This document shows positions 17,106 to 27,549 of a stretch of 32,000 bases of DNA, in pieces (the first letter of the stretch is position 1; the number at the start of each line of letters is the position of its first letter). The DNA lies in NCBI RefSeq assembly GCF_000008665.1, contig NC_000917.1, positions 810,001 through 842,000 of the forward strand, written 5' to 3'. The notes under the pieces are model-generated. The model had not been told where the DNA came from and ran no database searches. It saw only the letters and a list, made by a program, of their open reading frames with translations. The stretch is from Archaeoglobus fulgidus DSM 4304 (GTDB lineage Archaea > Halobacteriota > Archaeoglobi > Archaeoglobales > Archaeoglobaceae). The translations under genes were made by a program, and so were the position numbers.

Positions 17106-17857
17106 GCAACTCTCCCTTTACCTTTTGCAGATACTGGATAATTCCCTCCACGGCCTCAGCAAGAACCTTTGAGTTGTCGTAATTTTCAACGACTTCTTTC
17201 AGCCTTTCCCTTTCCCACTTCCTCATTTCTTCGGCCATCTCTACCATTTTTGGAAAGGCCCTGATTATGTTGTCAACGATGGTTATGTCAGCCATTCTTG
17301 CTGTCCTCGACAGGGGGTTGAGGTCAATGGCTATAACCTTCTTTCCGTGCCTCTTCAGAATCTCGCACCTGTCACCATCCTCCAAGGGCACAAGCACGAC
17401 GTCAGCGATGAGAATCCCCCTGCTGTCAACTATCCTTCTCGCCGACTCAAGGCCCTCAAGCACCGCATCTCCTGCAGCGAGAACCTCAATTCCGTGCTTT
17501 TCAAGGTAGCGTTTAATCTTCTCCACTCTCTCGGGGCTGTGGTGGAAAACGTTAATCTCCACCTTTGCATTTACGAGCTCTGCAAGCTTCCTCGTCTCTT
17601 CTGGAACGAGCACCGCTGTATTCCCATTAACGGAGATTACGGGATGCTTTGCCAGAAGCATTAAAGCGACTGCAGCTCTCTCTGCCTTCAGGGCGAAATC
17701 TCTCGTCTCCTCGCCGAGAATGTAGTCGAAAGCCTCCCCCCTTCCGTGGGCTATCAATCCCTGGCATCGCAGTAACTCCCAGCTCAACTCCCTCGACAAG
17801 CTTCTCCCTTGTTACCAGCGACGCGTATCTCGGATGGCTTTTCGGTATCTCCTTCAT
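17095..17857 (-). CDS. Archaeal 4-phosphopantoate--beta-alanine ligase (phosphopantothenate synthetase, former DUF137), frame interrupted
   Basis: N-terminal fragment [31 protein letters not shown] (frame from 17857) is followed, after a one-base shift, by QGLIAHGRGEAFDYILGEETRDFALKAE...SVNGNTAVLVPEE...FHHSPERVE...DLNPLSRTARMADITIVDNI. Confidence 0.88.
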
Positions 17858-18486
17858 TGCTCCACCTCAAGGAAATCTGCCAGCTCTTTCAGGGACTCAA
17901 AAACGTAGTCTGCGTGCTGGATAAAAGACTTTGCCATCCCCCTGTTTCTATCTGTCAGTATCAGGGCGGTTTTTGCTCCCGCCGCCTTTCCCGATAGCAA
18001 GTCGAAAAGAAAGTCTCCAACCATCAAAGCCTTTGAGGGGCTGACGTCAAACATCCTCAAGGCGAGGTTCAAGGGCTCAGGAGAGGGTTTTGGCTCGGCA
18101 TCTTCCCTTCCGATGATAAAATCGAACTCGAAGCCGAGCCTCTCGGCAACTATTTCCGCACTTCTTCTGCTGTTCCTTGTAATGACTCCTTTTATGGCAT
18201 CAAGGCCGTTAACGAGCTCAACGGCGTAGTAGGCTGGCCTTGCCTCCATCGCACACCTAAGCTCATAGCTCTCAAGAACTCTGAGCATTTCCTGCCTTCT
18301 CTGAAGGTCCTTCTCATCCATTATGGACTCAAGGATGAACCTCCCCTCAATTCCAAGCTCTCTCCTTATCTCATCAAAGGGGATGTTGAGCTCGATAAGA
18401 GTTCCGTCAAGGTCGAAGGCAATTAGCTCAAATCTTGAGGACTCTCCTGAGCTTTCTGGCTTCCTCTGCTGGATTACCTGATGCAT
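17854..18486 (-). CDS. HAD-superfamily hydrolase (phosphoglycolate phosphatase-like)
   Basis: [49 protein letters not shown] motifs I-IV. Exact start uncertain. Confidence 0.9.
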
Positions 18487-19057
18487 AAATTCCCCTCCCC
18501 ACTATAATTCCATCAGCATACTTCACAGCTTCGATGCTGCCTTTCTGTGCCCCAATTCCCGGGCAGAGTATCTCCATATCCCCCGCAGCTTTTCTTATCT
18601 CCCTCAGCCTCTCAATTCTTGTTGACGGAGCGATGAGGCCGTGACAGCCTGCTTCTTTGGCCTTCTCAACGATTTTCAGAGAAACTGCACTCATGAACTC
18701 CTCCCCTCCGGGGCTGCTGAGCTCCGTTACGGCATAAACCTTTCCCCCAAACTCCTCAGCCACTCTGCAAACCTCTCTAAGAGTGTCACTGCCAACAAAG
18801 CCGTGGACAATTACCGACTCGGCTGAGTTCTCGAAGGCAATTCTCGCGATGAGGGAGCTTGTGTAGGGGACGTCAGCAATCTTGAAATCCGCAATTACGG
18901 GTTTGATTTCGGAAAGTCGCTTCATTATCCCCACGCCAGCAGAAAGAACGAGAGGATAGTTGACCTTTATTCTGTCAACGTGTTCAGCAACTTTTTTGGC
19001 GATTTCCATCGCTTTTTCACCATCCATCACATCAAGAGCCAGTATGAGCTGTTTCAT
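18428..19057 (-). CDS. pyrF: Orotidine 5'-phosphate decarboxylase
   Basis: [20 protein letters not shown]..., [48 protein letters not shown]. Start revised to ATG 19057. Confidence 0.94.
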
Positions 19058-19158
19058 CAGAGTTTGTTGGACGGGAGTAAAAATTACTTTTTCCCCGGCA
19101 TTGATTTTCAAAGCCTTCCGGAGCAACAGCTTTATACCGTTCTGCACGACCATGCATA

Positions 19159-20403
19159 ATGGTCAGGGAAAAGGGGTTCTGGAAGAGGGAAAGGGTTGAT
19201 GAAGCCCTCTACAGGTTGCTAAAAAAAATTAAAGCTCTTGAAACTGAAGATGTTAGCGTTTATAACCTCCAAGGCCGTGTTCTGGCAGAGGATATTGTAG
19301 CGGGCTTCGATGTGCCGAAATTCAACAGGGCGGCGATGGATGGATACGCCGTCAAAGCCGAGGACACCTTCGGTGCATCCGTAAGCAACCCCATCATGCT
19401 CCAGCTTGCGGGAAGCGTTGAGATTGGAGAGGTGCCGAAGGTCGTGGTGGAGTCGGGAATGGCTGTCAGAATAATGACCGGGGCAATGATGCCCGAAGGC
19501 ACCAACGCTGTTGTAATGCTCGAACACACAAGGTTAAACGGCAACTTTGTTGAGGTTTTGAAGTCCGTAACGCCTATGAAAAACGTTTCGAGGGTGGGAG
19601 AGGACATAGCGGCGGGAGAGGTTGTGTTCAGGAAAGGGGAAATTCTGCAGCCTCAGGATGCCGGAGTGATTGCCTCACTGGGAATTGAAAGCGTCAGAGT
19701 TTACCGCAAACCGAGGGTGGCGGTTATCACCACCGGAAACGAGCTTGCGGAGGTTGGTGAGCCGCTTGAAGGGGCCAAAATCTACAACTCCAACAACCCG
19801 ATGATTTGCAATGCCCTTCTTGAGTTCGGTTTCGAGGCGATTTCCCTTGGAATTGCGAGGGATGATGAGGAGGAGCTGCGAAATAAGCTGCAGAAAGCTC
19901 TGGAATTTGATGCTGCTGTGATTACGGGTGGCACTTCTGTAGGAGCGAAGGACCTCGTTCCTGATGTTGTTGGCGAGTTTGGTGAGATTGTTTTCCATGG
20001 CGTTTCCATGAAACCCGGTATGCCCACTGGAGCTGCGGTTGTTGAGGGAAAGCCTGTTTTCATGCTTCCGGGCTCTCCTGCTGCTGCCCTGCTCGGCTTT
20101 TACACTTTCGCCATTCCTGCGCTTTACAGAATGATGAACGTCAGGATTATTGCGAGAAAGTGGAGCAGGCAGAAGGGTGTGCTGCAGGGCAGGATACCGT
20201 CGGAGATAGGAGTGAGGAGTAACGTAAGGGTTCTGTGGGAGGATGGGAAGGTTTATCCGATAAGAATTTCAGGGTCGGGGATTCTCAGCTCCTTTGTCAG
20301 GGCAAATGCCCTCTTGGTTGTTCCCGAGGATAAGGAGGGATACGAGGAGGGCGAGGAGGTGGAGGTTACCCTTCTGAGAGATGTAACAGAGGTGTTTGAA
20401 TGA
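19159..20403 (+). CDS. moeA: Molybdopterin molybdenumtransferase MoeA-like (copy 1)
   Basis: 414 aa: [82 protein letters not shown]. Confidence 0.95.
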
Positions 20404-22364
20404 GGAAGGTTTTTCGTGATGTTGTGACAGTTGATGAAGCAAGGGGGCTTCTTTTCAATCACTTCAGCCCTCGCAGAAAGACTGAGGTCGTTCCGCTCCA
20501 CCTCGCAGCAGGAAGGGTTCTGGCAAAGGACGTTTACGCTTTAACGGATGTCCCCCCCTTCGATAGAGCGACGATGGACGGATATGCGGTAAGGGCTGAG
20601 GACACCTTTGAGGCCGAGGAGGATAGTCCAGTCACACTCAAAGTTGTTGGAACGGTGGAGGCGGGAAAGAGGCCTGAGTTGGAGGTTGAAAGCGGTAAGG
20701 CTGTGGAGATCGCAACGGGAGCTATGATGCCAAAGGGGGCCAATGCAGTTGTTATGGTGGAGTTCACGAGGAGAAGGGAGGACGAGATTGACATCTTCAA
20801 GCCTGTCTCTCCCGGAGAGAATGTAATGTACGCAGGAAGCGACGTGATGGCTGGTGAGCTTATAGCCAGAGAGGGGACAGAACTGACGCACAGGGAGATT
20901 GGCGTGATGGCTGCATGCGGAATAAGCGAGGTTGAGGTTTATTGCAGACCGAAGGTGGCGATAATCTCCACAGGCAATGAGCTTGTGAAGCCGGGAGAGA
21001 GGCTGGGAGAGGGAAAGATCTACGACGTGAACTCCTACAGCATTGCCGCTGCTGTGGAGGAGAACGGTGGTGAAGCAATTTTGATGGGCATTGCAAGGGA
21101 TAACGAGGAGGAGATGCGCAGCATTATAGCTAAAGCTTTAAGAGAAGCGGACATTGTCATAACGAGCGGGAGCACCTCCGCCGGAGCTGGAGACGTGATG
21201 TACCGCATTCTCGATGACTTTCATCCGGGAGTAATCGTTCACGGCATAGCCATAAAGCCCGGAAAGCCTGCTGTGATAGCGGTGAGTGATTCAAAGCCCA
21301 TTTTTGGACTGCCGGGTTATCCAACATCTGCAATGACGGTTTTTGAGGTGATCGTGGCTCCAATAATAAGGGAGCTTGCAGGAAGAAGGGAATCTTCGGG
21401 GGCAAAGGTGAGGGCAAGGCTCGCTATAAAGGTCTTCTCAGCTGAAGGAAGGAGAGAATATCTGCCGGTGAACGTTGTGGAGGGAGCTGAGGGATATTCT
21501 GCCTATCCGGTAAGCGGTTCTTACAGCGGGGCTGTCACAGCCTTTGCCTTCACCGACGGCTTTGTGGAGATTCCTGAAAATGTTGTGATGCTCGAAGAGG
21601 GCGATGAGGTTGAGGTGAAGCTCTTCAGCCATCTAAAGCCTGCAGATTTGATGATAATCGGGAGTCATTGCATTGGCGTTGACATCCTGCTCTCCCTTAT
21701 GCGGAAGAAAAAGCCCTACACAAGCAAGGTGGTAAACGTCGGCTCAACAGGAGGAATTCTTGCAGTAAAGAGGGGTGAGGCGGACATTGCGGGAACGCAT
21801 CTGCTTGATGAGAGCGGAGTTTACAACGAACCAATTGTAAGGAGATATGGTGTAAGGGATGCTGTGCTGGTCAAGGGCTACCTGAGGGAGCAGGGATTGA
21901 TTGTTGCAAAGGGGAATCCTAAAAGCATAACGGGCTTCGAAGACTTGCTAAGAGAAGACGTCACCTTCATCAACCGAAACAGGGGGAGTGGAACGAGGAT
22001 TCTGACCGACATGTACCTCAGAGAGGTTGCGGAGAGAAAGGGGCTGAGCTTTAACGAGCTCACAGCCTCCATTAAGGGATACAGCATTGAGGCGAAAACC
22101 CACACCTCCGTTGCAGTTGCAGTAGCAAGCGGAAAGGCTGATGTCGGGGTGGGGATAAGGAGCGTTGCCTCCCAGTACGGCCTTGACTTCATACCGCTGA
22201 GAAGCGAGGAGTACGATTTCCTGATAAGGAAAGACAGGCTGGAAAAGAAGGCAGTGAGGGACTTTCTGGAGTGCCTTACCTCAGAGGAATTTGCCAAGGA
22301 GCTTGAGAGGGTAGTGGGCCTGAGGGTTTACGAGAGAACGAGAGAGGTGATCGAAATCGATTAG
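20400..22364 (+). CDS. MoeA-like protein fused to C-terminal PBP-like substrate-binding domain (copy 2)
   Basis: 654 aa: FDRATMDGYAVRAEDTFEAEE..., VAIISTGNELVKPGERL, PIFGLPGYPTSAMTV, then a PBP-like region ADLMIIGSHCIGVDILLS...VNVGSTGGILAVKRGEADIAGTHLLDE...FINRNRGSGTRILTD. Confidence 0.94.
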   Translation: MRKVFRDVVTVDEARGLLFNHFSPRRKTEVVPLHLAAGRVLAKDVYALTDVPPFDRATMDGYAVRAEDTFEAEEDSPVTLKVVGTVEAGKRPELEVESGKAVEIATGAMMPKGANAVVMVEFTRRREDEIDIFKPVSPGENVMYAGSDVMAGELIAREGTELTHREIGVMAACGISEVEVYCRPKVAIISTGNELVKPGERLGEGKIYDVNSYSIAAAVEENGGEAILMGIARDNEEEMRSIIAKALREADIVITSGSTSAGAGDVMYRILDDFHPGVIVHGIAIKPGKPAVIAVSDSKPIFGLPGYPTSAMTVFEVIVAPIIRELAGRRESSGAKVRARLAIKVFSAEGRREYLPVNVVEGAEGYSAYPVSGSYSGAVTAFAFTDGFVEIPENVVMLEEGDEVEVKLFSHLKPADLMIIGSHCIGVDILLSLMRKKKPYTSKVVNVGSTGGILAVKRGEADIAGTHLLDESGVYNEPIVRRYGVRDAVLVKGYLREQGLIVAKGNPKSITGFEDLLREDVTFINRNRGSGTRILTDMYLREVAERKGLSFNELTASIKGYSIEAKTHTSVAVAVASGKADVGVGIRSVASQYGLDFIPLRSEEYDFLIRKDRLEKKAVRDFLECLTSEEFAKELERVVGLRVYERTREVIEID

Positions 22365-22405
22365 AACGGAAAAACGTTTTAAATCAGCTGATTAACTCGC
22401 CGAGT

Positions 22406-24406
22406 ATGAGATTACTCCTCGAACACGAATCCAAAGCTTTGCTCGAAAAGTATGGCATAAAGACTGCAAAGTGCATCTTCTGCGAAACAGAAGAGCAGGC
22501 TGTTAAAGCTGCGAAGGAAATCGGCTTTCCCGTTGTGATGAAGGTTGCAGGGAGGGAAATCATCCATAAAAGCGACGTTGGTGGAGTCATTCTTAACGTT
22601 AAATCGGAGGATGAGGTTAGGGAGGTTTTTCAAAGGCTGATGTCCATTCCAAAGGCTGAGGGAGTTAACATTCAGCCCCAGCTTGAGAAGGGGATCGAGG
22701 TTATTATTGGCGTTGCAGAGAACGAGCAGTTTGGAAGCGTTGCAATGTTTGGGCTTGGTGGTGTTTTTGTTGAGGTTCTGAAGGATGTCAGCTTCCGGCT
22801 TTTGCCCTTAACAAGGAGAGATGCGGAGGAGATGGTTAGGGAGGTTAAGGGGTATAAATTGTTGGAGGGTTACAGAGGGGTTAAGGGAGACGTTGGGGCT
22901 GTTGTTGATTTGCTGCTTAAGCTGAATGAGGTTGTTGAAAAGGAAGGAATAGTGGAGATGGACCTGAATCCTGTTTTTGTTTATGAGAGAGGAGCTGTTG
23001 TGGTGGATGCGAGGATAGTTGTTGGGGAGAGGAAGAGGTTTGAGATGGATGTTGGGGATATAAGCTTCTTTTTCAAAGCAAGGAGTGTGGCGGTTATTGG
23101 GGCCTCCACCAATCCGATAAAGGTCGGAAACTCCGTTGTAAGAAGCCTGATGTCGAACAAAAACCTGAGAATTTACCCGATAAACCCGAATGCCAGCGAA
23201 ATTCTCGGCCTGAAAGCCTATCCCTCAGTTAAGTCCCTTCCAGAGGTACCGGACATAGCAATTGTAACCGTTCCCGCCGAGTTCGTTCTTGACGCTGTAA
23301 GGGAAGCCGCAGAGGCTGGAGTGAAGGGAGTGGTAATAATCTCATCCGGCTTTAAGGAGGCAGAGGTTGAGGAGGGGAAAGTTAGGGAGGAGAGGCTGAG
23401 AGAAATTGCCAGAAAGTACGGAATAAGAATTGTAGGGCCCAACACATTTGGTATTGTGAGTGTAGTGGGCGGCATCAACGCGAGCTTTACTCCAATGTTC
23501 AGTGAGGTGAAAAAGGGCAGAATAGCGCTGGTTTCGCAGAGCGGTGGGATATGCCACTACATAATCCACAAGTTCAGGGATTCTGGGTTCAGCCATATCC
23601 TGCATCTGGGAAACAGATGCGACGTTGATTTTCCCGATGTAATGAGGTTTCTAAGGGAAGATGAAAACACCGACGTAGTTGCGGTGTATGTTGAGGGAAT
23701 CGACAACGGGAGAGGGCTCTTCGAGGAGCTAAAGAGGCTTTGCAGTGAGAAGAAAGTTGTGGTGATGAAGTCCGGAAGGAGCAGCGTTGCTGACAAAGCA
23801 TCTGTAAGCCACACGGGCAGCATGGCGGGAGATTACAGAGTCTTCGCTTCAGCGATGAAGCAGGCTGGCGCAGTGGTGGTTGAAACTCCGACGGAGCTTA
23901 TTGACACAGCAATCGCAATGGAAAAGTTTGAAGTCAGTGGTGGGGTGGCTGTTTTAACAATACAGGCCGGTCTTGGAATCGTTGCGGCTGACATCATCGA
24001 AAGCAGCGGGGGGAGATTGGCAAGGTTTGGAGAGGAGACGGTAAGGAAGCTGAAGAGCCTGCTACCCCCCATAACCTTAAGGGAGAACCCCGTTGACCTG
24101 TCTTTCAGCGGTCTCAACCTAAAGGTGTTCGCGGAGGTAATCGATACGGTGTGCAGGGATGATGACGTGGGGCTGGTTATGTTTCTCTACGCAGTTGCAC
24201 CCCCAAGCTGGGTTCTGCCGGCAGAGGTCATATCCCAGATTATGGGCAGAATAACAAAACCATCCATTCTCGGCTACTCCTCAACTCCCGAAAACTACGC
24301 AGAGATTAAGGAGGCGCTCAAGGGGTCTAAAACGCTAATCTTTGACTCGGTCGAGAGGGCTGCAAAGGTTGCCGCAATTCTATCAGAGAAACGAAACTAT
24401 TTTTAA
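22406..24406 (+). CDS. ADP-forming acyl-/acetyl-CoA synthetase, single-chain with beta (ATP-grasp) part before alpha part
   Basis: 666 aa: [25 protein letters not shown] (ATP-grasp), later [19 protein letters not shown] (CoA-binding), [23 protein letters not shown] (likely phospho-His region). Confidence 0.93.
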
Positions 24407-24428
24407 TTTCACCCTTCATTTCTGGTTG

Positions 24429-25301
24429 ATGCTGTACGTTTATATGGATGGTGAGTTCGTACCGGAAAATGAAGCGAAGGTGAGCATCTTCGACCACGGC
24501 TTTCTTTACGGGGATGGCGTTTTTGAGGGGATAAGGGCCTACAACGGGAGAGTCTTCAGGTTAAAAGAGCACATAGACCGGCTTTACGATTCGGCAAAGG
24601 CCATCGACCTCGAAATACCAATAACAAAGGAGGAGTTCATGGAGATAATCCTGGAAACGCTCAGGAAAAACAACCTCAGAGATGCTTACATCAGACCAAT
24701 AGTGACGAGGGGGATTGGAGACCTCGGGCTTGATCCGAGAAAGTGCCAGAATCCGTCGATAATAGTCATAACAAAGCCGTGGGGGAAGCTCTACGGGGAC
24801 CTCTACGAGAAGGGGCTTACGGCGATCACCGTTGCCGTGAGAAGGAACTCCTTCGACGCGCTCCCGCCAAACATAAAGTCGCTCAACTACCTGAACAACA
24901 TTCTGGCAAAGATAGAGGCAAACGCTAAGGGAGGGGACGAGGCCATATTCCTCGACAGAAACGGCTACGTTTCGGAGGGGAGCGGAGACAACATTTTCGT
25001 GGTGAAAAATGGAGCTATCACAACCCCACCGACGATAAACAACCTGAGGGGAATTACGAGGGAAGCTGTGATAGAGATAATAAACAGGTTAGGAATACCC
25101 TTCAAGGAGACGAACATAGGCCTCTACGACCTCTACACGGCAGACGAGGTTTTCGTAACCGGCACCGCTGCTGAAATTGCGCCTATTGTTGTTATCGACG
25201 GCAGAAAAATCGGAGACGGAAAGCCCGGAGAGATTACGAGAAAGCTAATGGAGGAGTTCAGCAAGCTCACCGAAAGCGAAGGCGTACCAATATATGAGTG
25301 A
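24429..25301 (+). CDS. ilvE: Branched-chain amino acid aminotransferase (class IV PLP)
   Basis: [79 protein letters not shown]. Start revised to ATG 24429. Confidence 0.96.
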
Positions 25302-25809
25302 TGTTCTGATTACCCTGAGCGTCGAACTGGAGGACAGGCCGGGCCAGCTGCTGAAAGTTCTACAGCCCATCTCAGGGATGGGGGGAAACATAGTCGGAAT
25401 AGTCCACCAGAGAGGAAAAAAGACACCTCTGAACAGACTTCCCGTAGAGATTTCTTTCAAAATGGACAGCGAGAAAGTGCAGAAGCTGATAGACGAGCTG
25501 AAATCGCTTGGAATAATAATAAGGAGCTTCAATGAGGTTAGGCTTACGGCAACGACGTCGGTTCTTCTGATTGGCCATTTAATACACACCGACATCAGCG
25601 ACACGATAAGCAGCATAGACGTTGATGGTGAGGCTGAGTGTGTGGAGATGCACGTCAGCATGCCTGAGATATCCGGCCCCTCGACTGCAATAATAACGAT
25701 CTCCGCCTCGGGAAAGGAGAAGCTGAAGGAGGCGGTGGAAAAGCTTAAGGAGGTCTGCAGAAAGAAGGAAATAATTCTGATTGAGCCGGTCAACGAGGAG
25801 CTTGTATGA
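25294..25809 (+). CDS. ACT-domain regulatory protein
   Basis: 171 aa: [36 protein letters not shown] is a typical ACT start; overlaps ilvE and hom. Confidence 0.88.
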
Positions 25810-26786
25810 TAAAGATAGCCATCGTGGGATTCGGAACTGTCGGACAGGGGGTTGCCGAGCTTTTAATCAGGAAAAGGGAGGAGATTGAGAAGGCCATCGG
25901 TGAGTTCAAAGTTACGGCGGTTGCAGACTCCAAGAGCTCGATAAGCGGGGACTTCAGCTTAGTTGAAGCGCTGAGAATGAAACGAGAGACCGGAATGCTT
26001 AGGGATGATGCAAAGGCCATCGAGGTTGTGAGGAGCGCTGACTACGACGTGCTGATTGAGGCGAGCGTGACGAGAGTTGACGGAGGAGAGGGGGTGAATT
26101 ACATTCGCGAAGCTCTCAAGAGGGGCAAGCACGTAGTAACCTCCAACAAGGGCCCGCTCGTTGCCGAATTCCACGGTCTGATGAGCCTCGCAGAAAGAAA
26201 CGGAGTAAGGCTAATGTACGAAGCAACGGTGGGAGGGGCGATGCCCGTCGTAAAGCTGGCCAAAAGGTACCTTGCCCTCTGCGAGATAGAGAGCGTAAAG
26301 GGGATATTCAACGGGACTTGCAACTACATCCTCTCGAGAATGGAAGAGGAAAGGCTCCCCTACGAGCATATTCTCAAGGAGGCGCAGGAGCTCGGCTATG
26401 CCGAAGCTGACCCGAGCTACGACGTTGAGGGGATAGATGCAGCGCTTAAGCTCGTGATAATTGCGAACACGATAGGTGTTAAAGCTAGTTACGAGGACGT
26501 TGAGGTTACGGGGATAACCCAGATAACTCCTGAGGCTTTTCAGGTTGCTGCCGAGAAGGGATACACCATCAGGCTAATTGCAGAGGTTAGCAGAGAAAAG
26601 CTAAAGGTCTCCCCCAGACTCGTGCCGTTCCACCACCCCCTTGCAATCAAAGGGACAATGAACGCAGCCATGTTCAAAACAGATACAGCAGGAAGCATCT
26701 TCGTGGCGGGAAGGGGAGCAGGAAAGGAGGAGACCGCCTCAGCGATACTGTCAGACCTGTACGAGATCTATGCTGGACCTCGCTAA
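25806..26786 (+). CDS. hom: Homoserine dehydrogenase, short form lacking C-terminal ACT domain
   Basis: 326 aa: IAIVGFGTVGQGVAELL, VTSNKGPLVAEF, EATVGGAMPVVKL, NGTCNYILSRME, DPSYDVEGIDAALKLVIIA. Confidence 0.96.
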   Translation: MIKIAIVGFGTVGQGVAELLIRKREEIEKAIGEFKVTAVADSKSSISGDFSLVEALRMKRETGMLRDDAKAIEVVRSADYDVLIEASVTRVDGGEGVNYIREALKRGKHVVTSNKGPLVAEFHGLMSLAERNGVRLMYEATVGGAMPVVKLAKRYLALCEIESVKGIFNGTCNYILSRMEEERLPYEHILKEAQELGYAEADPSYDVEGIDAALKLVIIANTIGVKASYEDVEVTGITQITPEAFQVAAEKGYTIRLIAEVSREKLKVSPRLVPFHHPLAIKGTMNAAMFKTDTAGSIFVAGRGAGKEETASAILSDLYEIYAGPR

Positions 26787-27492
26787 GTTCCTGGTAGTCC
26801 TCGGATTTCTGCTATACGCATGCAAGCTGGATTTAGAGAGCAGGATAGTCCCCAACAGGGTATGGAAGCGCATGCTGCTCGTTTCTTTGCCGATAACAGT
26901 TTACCAGCTTTTCTTGGGAAAACACCTCATTTTCGAGTACATGATTGCGGGAATTTTTGTTGTGATGGTCATTGCCCTCTCCTACGCCCTTTACCTAATC
27001 GGAGCTTACGGTGGTGCGGATGCAAAGGCAATCATGGCTCTGGCAGTTATCTTCCCTTTCTACCCAACCTTCAACGGCTTCCCTCTTCTCGGGCCTAGCT
27101 TCTCCTTTGCCTTCTCCACCCTCGCAAATTCCGTAATAGCCGCACCGTTCCTCCTCCTGTTCATGTTCTTGCGAAATCTGGCGAAAGAAGGGGTAAGGTC
27201 GCTGAAGGGGAATTTGCTCTACTATTTCACCGGATACAGGGCTGAGGTTGGAAATCTACCGAAGTTCCACAACCTCCTGGAGTACATAGACGAGAATGGA
27301 GAGTTAAGGCGGGTGAGGAGGGCTGTCGAGCCCGATGAGCAGATGATTAACAGATTGAGAAAAAGCGGTGTGGAGAAAGTCTGGGTTACCCCTGCATTGC
27401 CCTTCCTTCTCTTCATCACAGCGGGGTATATTGTTGCATTTATTCTTGGGGATTTACTGTATCTGCTAATCTCCACCATTTTAAGCTGGTGA
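26770..27492 (+). CDS. Archaeal A24-family prepilin/preflagellin peptidase-like membrane protein
   Basis: 240 aa, multiple TM, D-L-E-S-R-I-V-P-N near N-terminus and GAYGGADAKAIMAL (GxxD-type catalytic Asp motif). Confidence 0.82.
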   Translation: MLDLAKFLVVLGFLLYACKLDLESRIVPNRVWKRMLLVSLPITVYQLFLGKHLIFEYMIAGIFVVMVIALSYALYLIGAYGGADAKAIMALAVIFPFYPTFNGFPLLGPSFSFAFSTLANSVIAAPFLLLFMFLRNLAKEGVRSLKGNLLYYFTGYRAEVGNLPKFHNLLEYIDENGELRRVRRAVEPDEQMINRLRKSGVEKVWVTPALPFLLFITAGYIVAFILGDLLYLLISTILSW

Positions 27493-27496
27493 AAGG

Positions 27497-27504
27497 TTTA
27501 TATA
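27497..27504 (+). promoter_or_regulatory. TATA box for tuf
   Basis: gaaagg-tttatata-tcc, 46 nt before the start codon region; strong RBS AAAGGAGGAGA at 27534-27544, ATG at 27550. Confidence 0.7.
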
Positions 27505-27549
27505 TCCTCCTAATGGATTTAACGAAAAACCAGAAAGGAGGAGATAGGT

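Noticed and set aside
17627-17857. 76-aa ORF treated as an independent small protein
   Set aside because: Its first 31 residues are the N-terminus of the phosphopantothenate synthetase; the remainder is out-of-frame translation.
22365-22405. Small palindrome (atcagctgat) and gaaaaacg/cgtttt symmetry between moeA2 and the acyl-CoA synthetase gene
   Set aside because: Very short and A/T-rich; could be a promoter or chance, with no loop/terminator structure convincing enough to call.
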